36,470 nucleotides of DNA from positions 1 to 36,470 of IMG/VR virus record IMGVR_UViG_3300020043_001886. One strand, given 5' to 3'. A model generated the notes under the pieces. That model was not told the origin of the DNA. It searched no databases and saw only the letters and a program-made list of their open reading frames with translations. Position 1 is the first letter of the stretch; each line of letters starts with the position of its first letter. Positions 1 through 8,418 of this stretch are shown here, piece by piece. The stretch comes from a virus (taxonomy: Duplodnaviria > Caudoviricetes). The position numbers were made by a program, and so were the translations under genes.

Positions 1-334
1 CTGAAGCGCTTTTAGTTTTACGCGCGCGGTTTTGATGATTTTGGGCGCAAGAAACATCGCGCAAATTAGCGATAGCGTTATTGTGTGGGTTGTGGTCTAT
101 GTGGTCTATTTGATCGTTTGGCCAGTAGCCGTATGTATACAGCCAAGCTAATCTGTGTAACTTATGTATTTTGTTATCTATGCTGCATTGCAAATATTTG
201 TTGCGCTGCCCCGCGCCAACTATATCACCTACGTTGCAACTTTTATGTTTTACTTTTCTAGTAAACACGCCCGTGTCTGGGTCATAAGTCAGCAACTCTT
301 TGAGCCTGCTTTGGGTTAATATCTTGGTAGTCAT
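1..334 (-). CDS. HNH homing endonuclease, partial (runs off the left edge; not in the ORF track)
   Basis: Manual translation from ATG at 334: MTTKILTQSRLKELLTYDPDTGVF...HRLAWLYTYGYWPNDQIDHIDHNPHNNAIANLRDVSCAQNHQNR. This is the HRxxW...DHIDxNxxNNxxxNLR pattern of phage HNH_3 endonucleases. Confidence 0.9.
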   Translation of the reverse strand, partial: MTTKILTQSRLKELLTYDPDTGVFTRKVKHKSCNVGDIVGAGQRNKYLQCSIDNKIHKLHRLAWLYTYGYWPNDQIDHIDHNPHNNAIANLRDVSCAQNHQNRARKTKSAS

Positions 335-596
335 CGCCGTCCTTTTCACGGTTGTTGATAAGAGGCCGGTTATCGTTAGCGCGATAATCGGCTTCGTCAA
401 TTATAAGCCCTTCTGCAACTCTTGTCTGTGCCTGCTCTAAAGCAGTGATGATACTGATCTGTTGCGTCACATCGACCTGGACTTGTTGCTTGGCGACCCA
501 ATCGTGTTTGTGCTTTAGGAACTCTAGCGCCATCTTAGCGTCGCCAGCAAGTGCGGCGTTACGCATGATTGTAGACATCTCAACTTCGGAGTCAGC
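282..596 (-). pseudogene. terS: Terminase small subunit, 3' part only (5' end lost at the inverted junction)
   Basis: ADSEVEMSTIMRNAALAGDAKMALEFLKHKHDWVAKQQVQVDV resembles the oligomerisation helices and C-terminal strand of TerS (AxxGDxxAxxxxLK...W). The N-terminal HTH part is absent, and similarity stops at ~596-598. Confidence 0.7.
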
Positions 597-952
597 GCTA
601 CAAGATTCGAGGTGTGAATTTCGGTAGTAAGAGCAAAAACCCGATGATGTATGGCAACAAACGGGCTGAAATGTGGGGAGAAATGCGTAATTGGTTGAAA
701 ACTGCGTCGATTCCTAGTGACAGGATACTAAAAACTGATTTAATATCGCCTATAATGAAGCCGGATTCTAAAGGTACGATCTTTTTGGAGTCTAAGAAGG
801 ATATGCGTGCCCGCGGTCTAGCCTCACCGGATGCGGCAGATGCGATCTGTGTGACTTTTGCATTTCCTGTGGCGCATAGAGAGACGAGTACCATAGTCAG
901 GGCAAGAAGTTACTCACAAAGTGGCATGGCCACCTCATGGATGGGTTCGTGA
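593..952 (+). pseudogene. terL: Terminase large subunit, C-terminal part of the nuclease domain only
   Basis: QRYKIRGVNFG...YGNKRAEMW...LESKKDMRARGLASPDAADA is the typical TerL C-terminus (SPDxADA). An in-frame TAG at 572-574 prevents extension, so the ATPase domain is missing. Confidence 0.88.
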
Positions 953-953
953 T

Positions 954-1088
954 ATGCCTTTAGTTAAATCACCCACTAAAGAAGCCTTCCGTAAGAACGT
1001 GAAGGCTGAAGTCAAAGCCGGAAAGCCCGTCAAACAAGCCGTTGCAATCGCTTACTCTGTGAAAAGAAATGCTAAAACCAATAAATGA
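954..1088 (+). CDS. Small basic phage protein, 44 aa (not in the ORF track)
   Basis: [44 protein letters not shown]. The KQAVAIA pattern is common in small proteins near terminase/portal genes. Starts directly after the terL stop. Confidence 0.8.
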   Translation: MPLVKSPTKEAFRKNVKAEVKAGKPVKQAVAIAYSVKRNAKTNK

Positions 1089-1314
1089 CAATATCGTAGT
1101 CAAACCAGACCCCTTCGTTCAGTCTGGGCTAATTATCATGCCTGAAGAAGAGATGCGCACGGGCGTCGTGGTGGCTGTCGGTCCAGGCAAGAAAGGCTCA
1201 AACCGACCGCTAATGGTATCGGTGGGGGATCACATCATGTATAGTGGCACTATTGACCAAACCTTTGACGGTATGCTCATTATGAAGGACAAGGACGTTC
1301 TGGGGACAGTATGA
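1069..1314 (+). CDS. groES: GroES/Cpn10-like co-chaperonin
   Basis: [16 protein letters not shown] mobile loop, [19 protein letters not shown] and MKDKDVLG match the Cpn10 pattern along the full length. Confidence 0.9.
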   Translation: MLKPINDNIVVKPDPFVQSGLIIMPEEEMRTGVVVAVGPGKKGSNRPLMVSVGDHIMYSGTIDQTFDGMLIMKDKDVLGTV

Positions 1315-3452
1315 AAGAAAAAGACATCATCTCGGTTGCCAAAAGCCGCTTTACAATGGCCGTATCGGCGTATTCTGAGAGCCGAGAGGATGAGTTAGAT
1401 GACTTGCGATTCTACGCTGGAAGTCCAGATAATTCGTGGCAGTGGCCAGCCGACGTGCTTGCCACCCGTGGCTCCGTCCAAGGTCAAACCATCAACGCCC
1501 GCCCCTGTCTTACCATCAACAAACTCCCCCAGCACGTCAGACAAGTTACCAACGATCAACGCCAAAATCGACCAAGTGGGAAGGTAATTCCTGTGGACGA
1601 CAAAGCTGACGTTGAAGTAGCTGAGATCTTTGACGGGTTGGTTCGCCACATTGAGTACATCTCTGATGCGGATGTGGCGTATGACACGGCGTGTGAGAAC
1701 CAAGTCTCCTATGGCGAGGGCTATATCCGTCTGCTGACTGAGTACTGCGACGATAACTCCTTTAACCAAGACATTAAGATTGGTCGCATTCGTAACAGCT
1801 TCAGCGTCTACATGGATCCCACCATCCAAGACCCTTGTGGGTCGGATGCGCAGTGGTGTTTTATTACTGAAGACCTGACCAAAGAAGAGTACGAGCGTCA
1901 GTTCCCTGATGCGCAGCCTATATCTTCGATGATGGCGCAAGGTGTGGGGGACGCCTCTATCTCGCAGTGGGTAAGCGAGAATACGGTCAGGATTGCTGAA
2001 TACTTCTATATTGAGCATGAGAAGGCAACACTGAACCTGTATTACGGTAATGTGAGTGCTATGAAAGGCTCGGTTGAAGATCAAGAAATGGTCATGCGTG
2101 GCATGAAGCCAATTCGCACCAGAACAGTTGACATTAAAAAGGTCAAATGGTGCAAGATTAATGGTTTTGAGGTGCTTGAGTCCCAAGATTGGGCGGGTTC
2201 CTCTATTCCTGTGGTCAGAGTGGTCGGTAACGAGTTTGAGGTTGATGGTCGCATTTATGTCTCTGGTATCGTGCGTAACGCTAAAGATGCGCAACGCATG
2301 TATAACTACTGGACAAGCCAAGAGGCTGAGATGTTAGCCCTAGCCCCCAAAGCCCCGTTTATTGGCTATGGTGGTCAGTTTGAAGGCTACGAGCAGCAAT
2401 GGAAAACAGCCAACACCACCAACTGGCCGTATTTGGAAGTCAACCCCGATGTGACCGACGGTGCGGGTGGTGTACTGCCCCTGCCACAACGTGCGCCCCC
2501 ACCACTGCCCCAGACAGGCTTAATTCAAGCCAAAATGGGCGCAAGCGACGATATTAAGGGCACCACAGGGCAATATGACTCTAGCCTCGGTCAGACCTCT
2601 AACGAGCGTTCTGGTAAGGCTATTTTGGCACGAGAGCGTCAGGCAGATGTCGGCACATACCACTATGTGGATAACTTGGCGCGTGCTGTGCGCTATATCA
2701 CCCGTCAGATCGTGGACTTGGTGCCTAAGATTTATGATACCGAGCGTATTGCTCGAATCATTGGCATTGATGGCGAGACAGACATCATTAAGGTCAACCC
2801 TAATCAGCCAATGCCGGTCAATAAGATTGTGGATCAGCAAGGCATTGTGCTTGAGAAGATTTATAACTTGGGTGTGGGCAAGTACGATGTGTGCGTGACC
2901 ACCGGTCCAAGCTACATGACTAAGCGTCAGGAAGCTCTGGAAGCGATGGCGCAGCTCTTGCAGGGCAATCCACAGTTGTGGGCGGTTGCGGGCGACCTGT
3001 TCATTAAGAACATGGATTGGCCTGGTGCGCAGGAGATGTCCAAGCGCTTTGCTAAGACCATTGATCCTAAGATCATGGAAGGTGGCGATGACTCGCCTGA
3101 GATGCAAGCTGCTAAGATGCAGATGGAAGCGATGAATCAGGAAATGCAGCAGATGATGCAGATGCTTCAGAATGTGTCTAAGTCTGTTGAGGTTCAGGAG
3201 CAGCAACGTGCGGATTATGAGGCTCAGATCAAGGCGTTTGATGCCGAGACTAAGCGTATCTCTGCCGTGCAAGCTGGCATGACCTTTGAGCAGATTCAGG
3301 ACATTGTGAGCGGCACCATTGCTGCTGCCTTGGATACTGGTGATCTAATTGGTGGTGCTCCACAGCGTCAAGAGTTCCAGATGCCTCCCCCTGAGATGCC
3401 CCCTCCTGACCAAATGATGCCGCCCCCTGAAATGATGGAGCCACAACAATGA
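1311..3452 (+). CDS. Portal protein, P22-like
   Basis: 713 aa after terL, with RPCLTINKL, GIVRNAKDAQRMYNYW, SGKAILAR and GKYDVxVxTGPSYxTKRQE. A Gln/Met-rich C-terminal coiled coil resembles the P22 portal barrel, followed by a Pro-rich tail. Confidence 0.93.
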   Translation: MKEKDIISVAKSRFTMAVSAYSESREDELDDLRFYAGSPDNSWQWPADVLATRGSVQGQTINARPCLTINKLPQHVRQVTNDQRQNRPSGKVIPVDDKADVEVAEIFDGLVRHIEYISDADVAYDTACENQVSYGEGYIRLLTEYCDDNSFNQDIKIGRIRNSFSVYMDPTIQDPCGSDAQWCFITEDLTKEEYERQFPDAQPISSMMAQGVGDASISQWVSENTVRIAEYFYIEHEKATLNLYYGNVSAMKGSVEDQEMVMRGMKPIRTRTVDIKKVKWCKINGFEVLESQDWAGSSIPVVRVVGNEFEVDGRIYVSGIVRNAKDAQRMYNYWTSQEAEMLALAPKAPFIGYGGQFEGYEQQWKTANTTNWPYLEVNPDVTDGAGGVLPLPQRAPPPLPQTGLIQAKMGASDDIKGTTGQYDSSLGQTSNERSGKAILARERQADVGTYHYVDNLARAVRYITRQIVDLVPKIYDTERIARIIGIDGETDIIKVNPNQPMPVNKIVDQQGIVLEKIYNLGVGKYDVCVTTGPSYMTKRQEALEAMAQLLQGNPQLWAVAGDLFIKNMDWPGAQEMSKRFAKTIDPKIMEGGDDSPEMQAAKMQMEAMNQEMQQMMQMLQNVSKSVEVQEQQRADYEAQIKAFDAETKRISAVQAGMTFEQIQDIVSGTIAAALDTGDLIGGAPQRQEFQMPPPEMPPPDQMMPPPEMMEPQQ

Positions 3453-3811
3453 AAGCCTGTGATTTTGTAGGTATGCTGTTTCTTGCACGGGATGTGACCC
3501 ATTCCGTACATTTGAATACTCGCAGTTATTCTAAGCACAAAGCCTTGCAAAAGTTTTATGAGAATATCATTGACCGTGCAGATGACTTTGCTGAAGCCTA
3601 TCAGGGCAGAAGTGGCTTGATGGGTCCAATCTCTCTGAGTTCTGCTAAAAAAACTACAAATGTAGTTGAGTTTTTAGAAGGTCAGTTAGAAGACATTGAA
3701 GCTAATCGCTATAAAATCTGCGACAAAGACGATTCCACAATGCAGCAATTGGTGGATAATATCATTGAGTTGTATTTGACAACTCTCTACCGACTTAAAT
3801 TTTTGGCGTAA
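3449..3811 (+). CDS. Ferritin/Dps-like four-helix bundle protein (DUF5856-like)
   Basis: HSVHL...SYSKHKAL..FYE.I...ADDFAEAYQG and a terminal YRLKFL. His/Asp/Glu spacing resembles a Dps metal site. Confidence 0.65.
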   Translation: MKACDFVGMLFLARDVTHSVHLNTRSYSKHKALQKFYENIIDRADDFAEAYQGRSGLMGPISLSSAKKTTNVVEFLEGQLEDIEANRYKICDKDDSTMQQLVDNIIELYLTTLYRLKFLA

Positions 3812-3820
3812 GGACTTGAT

Positions 3821-5737
3821 ATGACCGTTAACTTATCGCCCTTAGCTGGCGCAGGACAACAATTTTTAGATGACAGCGGAAACGTATTAACGGGTGGAAA
3901 ACTTTATTCTTACGCTGCTGGCACAACTACGCCTCAAACCACATACACAATCGCTTCGGGCGCAACTGCGCATAGCAATCCAATTATCCTTAACGCTGCT
4001 GGAAGGGTTGCAACTGGTGAAATTTGGTTAACTTCAGGGATAAACTATAAATTTGTTTTATATACATCAACAGATGTATTAATTGCTTCTTGGGACAATA
4101 TTACAGGCATTAACGGTACAGGCATTGCAACCAATGCAACTAATGTAGAGTATGACCCACCGTTTATCGGAGCCGTTACCAGTGGGTACACTGTATCAGA
4201 TAAATTAGAACAAACAGTTTCGGTTAAAGACTTTGGTGCAGTAGGCGATGGAGTGACGGATGATTACGCAGCAATCATGGCTGCGATTAACTCTTTTACC
4301 ACCGGAACTGGTTTTTATGTGTCTGGCCCTGCCATCTATTTCCCGCCAGGCACTTACTATTGTTCCCAGACAATTGAACTAAAAAAGTCTGTAAGACTTT
4401 ATGGAGACCATTCAGGGATGCAATCTACCTCAATGGCAACACTTCTTTTTCCGCCTGGGGTAACAGGAATTATTGTTCAGCGTTATAACACTATAGGAAA
4501 TGGGACTGAAAGTCCTCCAACAACTGCTGGCGATGCTTCAACTATTGAAAGATTACAAATTCGTGGGCAGTTTGGAACAGCAGATAGTACTGGAGGACAT
4601 GGAATTTGGTTAAGAGCTAGAGCTGCATTAAGACAACTTACTGTTTCTAATTTTACTGGCAATGGTGTTCATATAGTAGCAAGCGCGACAGGTGCGCCAA
4701 GCGTATTAGGCAATGCAAACTTATTTGTGCTGGATACTTTGACTTTACTACGCAATGGTGGCTGGGGTGCATTTATTGATGGAGCAGACGTTAATGCAGG
4801 GGTAGCAAATGCAGTCAACGTAGCTTCTAACGGTCTAGGTGGTTTGTACGATGGTTCTTTTTTGGGAAATACTCACATAGCCCACCACGCTTCAGCCAAT
4901 GGCGCTGCAAGTTCTGGATACAATACAACGCTAGGCAAAACATCTTTAGTCTCTTTTGGTGGCAATAGGTACTACGGTGCTAACAACGCAACAGAAGCTA
5001 GTTTAGTTGCAACCACTCCTGGCACAGATGACGCTGTGTGGACTTCAAGCGGGGCGGGGGGTGTTGGCCCAACACATCTTTTGTGGGTTGCTGGTCAACC
5101 TGAAGGAACTTATTTTTCTTCAGCTCAATATAAAACTGATAGTGCAAACGCAAGAAATGTATTTATTGGATGCTACTCTGAGGGTGGATATTCGCCATCT
5201 TTTTTTGTTAGACCAACACTAACTCTTGGAGGCTCAATTGACGCTATAGGTGGCGCTTATTTAACGTCATCTTTACAATCTACTGTTATGCCAGGAATAT
5301 TTCAGCCAGAAACTATTAGTCTTGGGTATCTCGCACCATCTCGCAGTTCTGGAAACTTTATATCTTTTCCGGATACTTCGGCTAGTAATTTTAGTTGGAC
5401 TTTAGAAAAAATAGTTGGAAGGGTTGGTTGGTCATGGGCAAATCTTGGAACGCCAGGCTTTGTAAGTTTTTATGATAGGACTGCCACTATTGCTAATGGC
5501 TACGCAAGAGACTTAAGCACAGCCAATGGTGCTTTAGGAATTGGAACGCACTATTTTGGCGGTAGCACACAAATGAAATTGCGTGGTCTTGCTAGTGCCA
5601 TTCCTACAACAGGCACTTATTTGCAGGGCGATATTCTTTATGATTTAACGCCTACAGCGGGTGGTTCTATTGGATGGGTTTGCACTACCGCAGGGACACC
5701 TGGCACATGGAAAACTTTTGGCGCAATTAGCGCATAA
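3821..5737 (+). CDS. Tailspike / depolymerase with predicted beta-helix (Pectate_lyase_3-like)
   Basis: N-terminal virion-anchor region (QFLDDSG...GGKLYSYAAGTTTP...NPIILNAAGR), SVKDFGAVGDGVTDDYAAI and IYFPPGTY motifs, and a C-terminal PTTGTYLQGD...GWVCTTAGTPGTW domain. Confidence 0.88.
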   Translation: MTVNLSPLAGAGQQFLDDSGNVLTGGKLYSYAAGTTTPQTTYTIASGATAHSNPIILNAAGRVATGEIWLTSGINYKFVLYTSTDVLIASWDNITGINGTGIATNATNVEYDPPFIGAVTSGYTVSDKLEQTVSVKDFGAVGDGVTDDYAAIMAAINSFTTGTGFYVSGPAIYFPPGTYYCSQTIELKKSVRLYGDHSGMQSTSMATLLFPPGVTGIIVQRYNTIGNGTESPPTTAGDASTIERLQIRGQFGTADSTGGHGIWLRARAALRQLTVSNFTGNGVHIVASATGAPSVLGNANLFVLDTLTLLRNGGWGAFIDGADVNAGVANAVNVASNGLGGLYDGSFLGNTHIAHHASANGAASSGYNTTLGKTSLVSFGGNRYYGANNATEASLVATTPGTDDAVWTSSGAGGVGPTHLLWVAGQPEGTYFSSAQYKTDSANARNVFIGCYSEGGYSPSFFVRPTLTLGGSIDAIGGAYLTSSLQSTVMPGIFQPETISLGYLAPSRSSGNFISFPDTSASNFSWTLEKIVGRVGWSWANLGTPGFVSFYDRTATIANGYARDLSTANGALGIGTHYFGGSTQMKLRGLASAIPTTGTYLQGDILYDLTPTAGGSIGWVCTTAGTPGTWKTFGAISA

Positions 5738-5747
5738 GGAAAAAATT

Positions 5748-6002
5748 ATGGCACTTGCAAAAACAGTTTCAACAGTTTATGGTTTTCAAGCGATTAACGC
5801 TTACCACCGTGTTGAAGGTCTAAGCCTTGAAAGCAAAACAGCAATGAGTTTTCATGTTCGTAGTTATGCAGAAAAAGACAAACCGTTTTTTGAAGAAAGT
5901 GTTTTGTCCTGTGTATATACGCTTGGTGAAAAAAACCCTTTTGAACAAGCATATGAGCATCTTAAAACATTGCCAGAATTTGCTGACGCAACAGACTGTT
6001 AA
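5748..6002 (+). CDS. Tailspike-associated small protein, probable chaperone (84 aa)
   Basis: AAGGA RBS before ATG 5748, preferred over the track start at 5661. NAYHRVE and NPFEQAYEHLKTLPEFADATDC are typical of proteins following tail fibres. Confidence 0.7.
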   Translation: MALAKTVSTVYGFQAINAYHRVEGLSLESKTAMSFHVRSYAEKDKPFFEESVLSCVYTLGEKNPFEQAYEHLKTLPEFADATDC

Positions 6003-6029
6003 TCTTAGTATCGCTTTAAGGTTCTTAGC

Positions 6030-6248
6030 ATGATAATCCCAACTATTGTTAGTGATTTACAAATTACCAATCCTAATGGCTCTATGTCAATTGACTTTAC
6101 GGCTACTTACGAAGGATATGAGTTAAAAGACGCAATTGTTGGGACACCTGAATACATTAATTCTCTTTCTGTGGAAGAAATTAAAACGATTAAAGTTGAT
6201 CGTTTTAACGCCTGGTACGCAATTATTAATCAAACGGCGGAGGAATAA
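6030..6248 (+). CDS. Hypothetical protein coupled to the downstream fibre gene
   Basis: 72-aa ORF in the operon. Its 3' end supplies the GGAGG RBS for the gene at 6251. Confidence 0.7.
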   Translation: MIIPTIVSDLQITNPNGSMSIDFTATYEGYELKDAIVGTPEYINSLSVEEIKTIKVDRFNAWYAIINQTAEE

Positions 6249-6250
6249 TC

Positions 6251-8062
6251 ATGGCTGATCGCTATTGGGTAAATGGTGCGGGTACATGGGATGCGACCAC
6301 AACCACAAACTGGGCTACCACTTCTGGCGGTGCTGGCGGTGCTTCTGCGCCTACGTCCGTTGACAATGTAATCTTTGATTCGCTGTCTAACGCAACCGCA
6401 TATGCAGTCACCGTAGGCACGAACGCTGTCTGCAATGACTTAACGATTGCTGGCCCACTTACAGGGAATGTCACATTTTCTTTGCCTTCCACAGCAAGAT
6501 TAGACCCATATGGCTCGATGACTTTGCCAGCAACTGGGCTTACTTGGACTCCAGTTTCTGGTGCGCTTGTAACTTTTAGGGCAACTACCACAGGTAAAAC
6601 AGTCACAACTAATGGCGTCAATCTTGGTGCGACAAATTTAACATTTGACGGTGTTGGTGGCGTGTGGACTTTAGGTAGTGCTTTAGCTATAAATTCTAGT
6701 AGCGGAGTTATACGAGTTTTAAACGGCACATTTGATACTGGCTCAAATTATTCTGTTACTAGTGCAAGACTAGATTCAATAGGAACAGAAACAAGAGCAG
6801 TAAATTTAAATGGCTCTACATTTACAGCTGGGTCTAATACCGCAATAAATATTACCACTACCGGATTAACATTAAATACTGGAACATCAACCTATGTTTG
6901 TTCTGGCGCATCCCCAACATTTGCTGGTAATGGGCTAACTTTCTACAACGTATCATTTACATCTGCCGCAGCTGGTACATCGACAATAACTGGTGCAAAT
7001 ACATTTAATAATTTAAGCCAGACGAGCCGAAGTGCTACTGGAGTAAGAGTTATTTCTTTAGGCGCAGATCAGACTGTATCTGGAACTTTGACATTAGGTG
7101 CAGCAAATACAGCAATTCGTAGAGTGCAAGTTCAGTCAAACACCATTGGATCGCAACGTACTATTACGCTTAATGGATCGCTCGCCACTTTAGCTGATGT
7201 TGACTTTAGGGATATTGTTGCCGCTGGGTCTGTAGCAACTCCTTGGACAGGCACTCGTCTTGGCAATGGATTAAACAATAGCAACATTACTTTCACCGCA
7301 GCTAAAGATGTGTATTGGAACTTAGCTGCTGGTGGTAACTGGTCGGCTACAGGCTGGGCATTATCTTCTGGTGGTGGAGTCGATGTTAATAATTTCCCAC
7401 TTGGTCAAGACAAAGTAATTATTGAGAATACAGGTCTCAATACCAGCGCAACAATTACGATTGACCAACCATGGTGGATTGGTGAATTAGATTTGTCTAC
7501 CCGCAGCAATGCTATGACGCTTGCAAACGGAACTCAGACACCTAGAATATATAAAAACGTCACGCTATCTTCTGCTGTCACAATGACAGGCACAGGTGTA
7601 TGGAGCTTTGTTGGTCAAGGCACTACGCAGATTCTAGATGTTAATACCGCTACGTTTACACCACCTATTACTATAGATTCCCCGAGTGGGACGCTACAAG
7701 TGGCAGAAAATACAACTTGCTCTGCTACTGTTACATTGACCCAAGGAACGCTTAAAATAAAAGACGGGGCTACATTTACTGTCGGCACGTTTGCAACTTC
7801 AGGTACTACCCAAAAGTTTTTACAATCTACGCTTGCAGGGACACAGGCTACGCTCAGTCAAGCGTCAGGCACAGTTAACGCCTCATACCTAACCATTCAA
7901 GACATTAACGCTACGGGCGGAGCTACTTGGAACGCATTGACCACTAACAATAATGTGGACGGTGGCAATAATGACGGTTGGGATTTTGGTATCGTTCCCA
8001 TTACTTTTGCCGAACTAAATGGGTTTAAACTTAGATCCTTTACACAACCTAGGAGATTTTAA
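6251..8062 (+). CDS. Thr/Gly/Ser-rich adhesin-like beta-helical fibre or virion surface protein
   Basis: 603 aa with an internal duplication (RYWVNGAGTW...NWATTSGG...P...DNVIFD and VYWNLAAGGNW...WALSSGG...P...DKVIIE) and autotransporter-like GTLTL repeats. Confidence 0.72.
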   Translation: MADRYWVNGAGTWDATTTTNWATTSGGAGGASAPTSVDNVIFDSLSNATAYAVTVGTNAVCNDLTIAGPLTGNVTFSLPSTARLDPYGSMTLPATGLTWTPVSGALVTFRATTTGKTVTTNGVNLGATNLTFDGVGGVWTLGSALAINSSSGVIRVLNGTFDTGSNYSVTSARLDSIGTETRAVNLNGSTFTAGSNTAINITTTGLTLNTGTSTYVCSGASPTFAGNGLTFYNVSFTSAAAGTSTITGANTFNNLSQTSRSATGVRVISLGADQTVSGTLTLGAANTAIRRVQVQSNTIGSQRTITLNGSLATLADVDFRDIVAAGSVATPWTGTRLGNGLNNSNITFTAAKDVYWNLAAGGNWSATGWALSSGGGVDVNNFPLGQDKVIIENTGLNTSATITIDQPWWIGELDLSTRSNAMTLANGTQTPRIYKNVTLSSAVTMTGTGVWSFVGQGTTQILDVNTATFTPPITIDSPSGTLQVAENTTCSATVTLTQGTLKIKDGATFTVGTFATSGTTQKFLQSTLAGTQATLSQASGTVNASYLTIQDINATGGATWNALTTNNNVDGGNNDGWDFGIVPITFAELNGFKLRSFTQPRRF

Positions 8063-8365
8063 ATGACCATGAACCTTAAAGCCGTAACAACGTGTTTCGG
8101 TTACCAACAAATTACTGTAGATAGCGCTAAAAGTTTGACTGTTCCAACTACAACCCCAGAGGGTTTAAACGCAAAGCCTGTTTTTGCGCTAATTGTTGCT
8201 GAAGGCGCAGCCGTCCGTTGGCGCGATGATAATACAGCTCCAACCGCATCTGTTGGTATGCCTCTTGCAGTAGGCGTCCCCTTGCAGTACGATGGTGACT
8301 TAAATAAAATACGTTTTATACAACAATCTGCAACAGGCATCATTAACGTATCTTATTACAGTTAA
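8063..8365 (+). CDS. Small virion structural protein (beta-rich, 100 aa)
   Basis: AGGAG RBS; GYQQIT...VRWRDD..APTASVGMPL...IRFI; lies directly before the scaffold gene. Confidence 0.7.
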   Translation: MTMNLKAVTTCFGYQQITVDSAKSLTVPTTTPEGLNAKPVFALIVAEGAAVRWRDDNTAPTASVGMPLAVGVPLQYDGDLNKIRFIQQSATGIINVSYYS

Positions 8366-8381
8366 ATTGAATTAAATCGTA

Positions 8382-8418
8382 CTGGTGCGTTCATCAGGGT
8401 TTCTTAGGAAACAACAAA
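8382..8418 (+). promoter_or_regulatory. Two short hairpins in the scaffold leader, the second covering the RBS
   Basis: CTGGTG-cgtt-CATCAG (8382-8397) and GTTTC-ttag-GAAAC (8399-8412), the latter containing AGGA. Confidence 0.45.

Noticed and set aside
90-109. Tandem TGTGGTCTAT repeat resembling an iteron
   Set aside because: It is the reverse-strand coding of IDH-IDH in the HNH active-site motif.
1395-3272. Long antisense ORFs (308 and 250 aa) in the portal gene, and similar ones such as 17528-18562 and 29861-30358
   Set aside because: Shadow frames of well-supported genes on the opposite strand, with no recognisable motifs.
3821-8062. Diversity-generating retroelement or invertible tail-fibre switch
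   Set aside because: I saw no reverse transcriptase, invertase, template/variable repeat pair or flanking inverted repeats.
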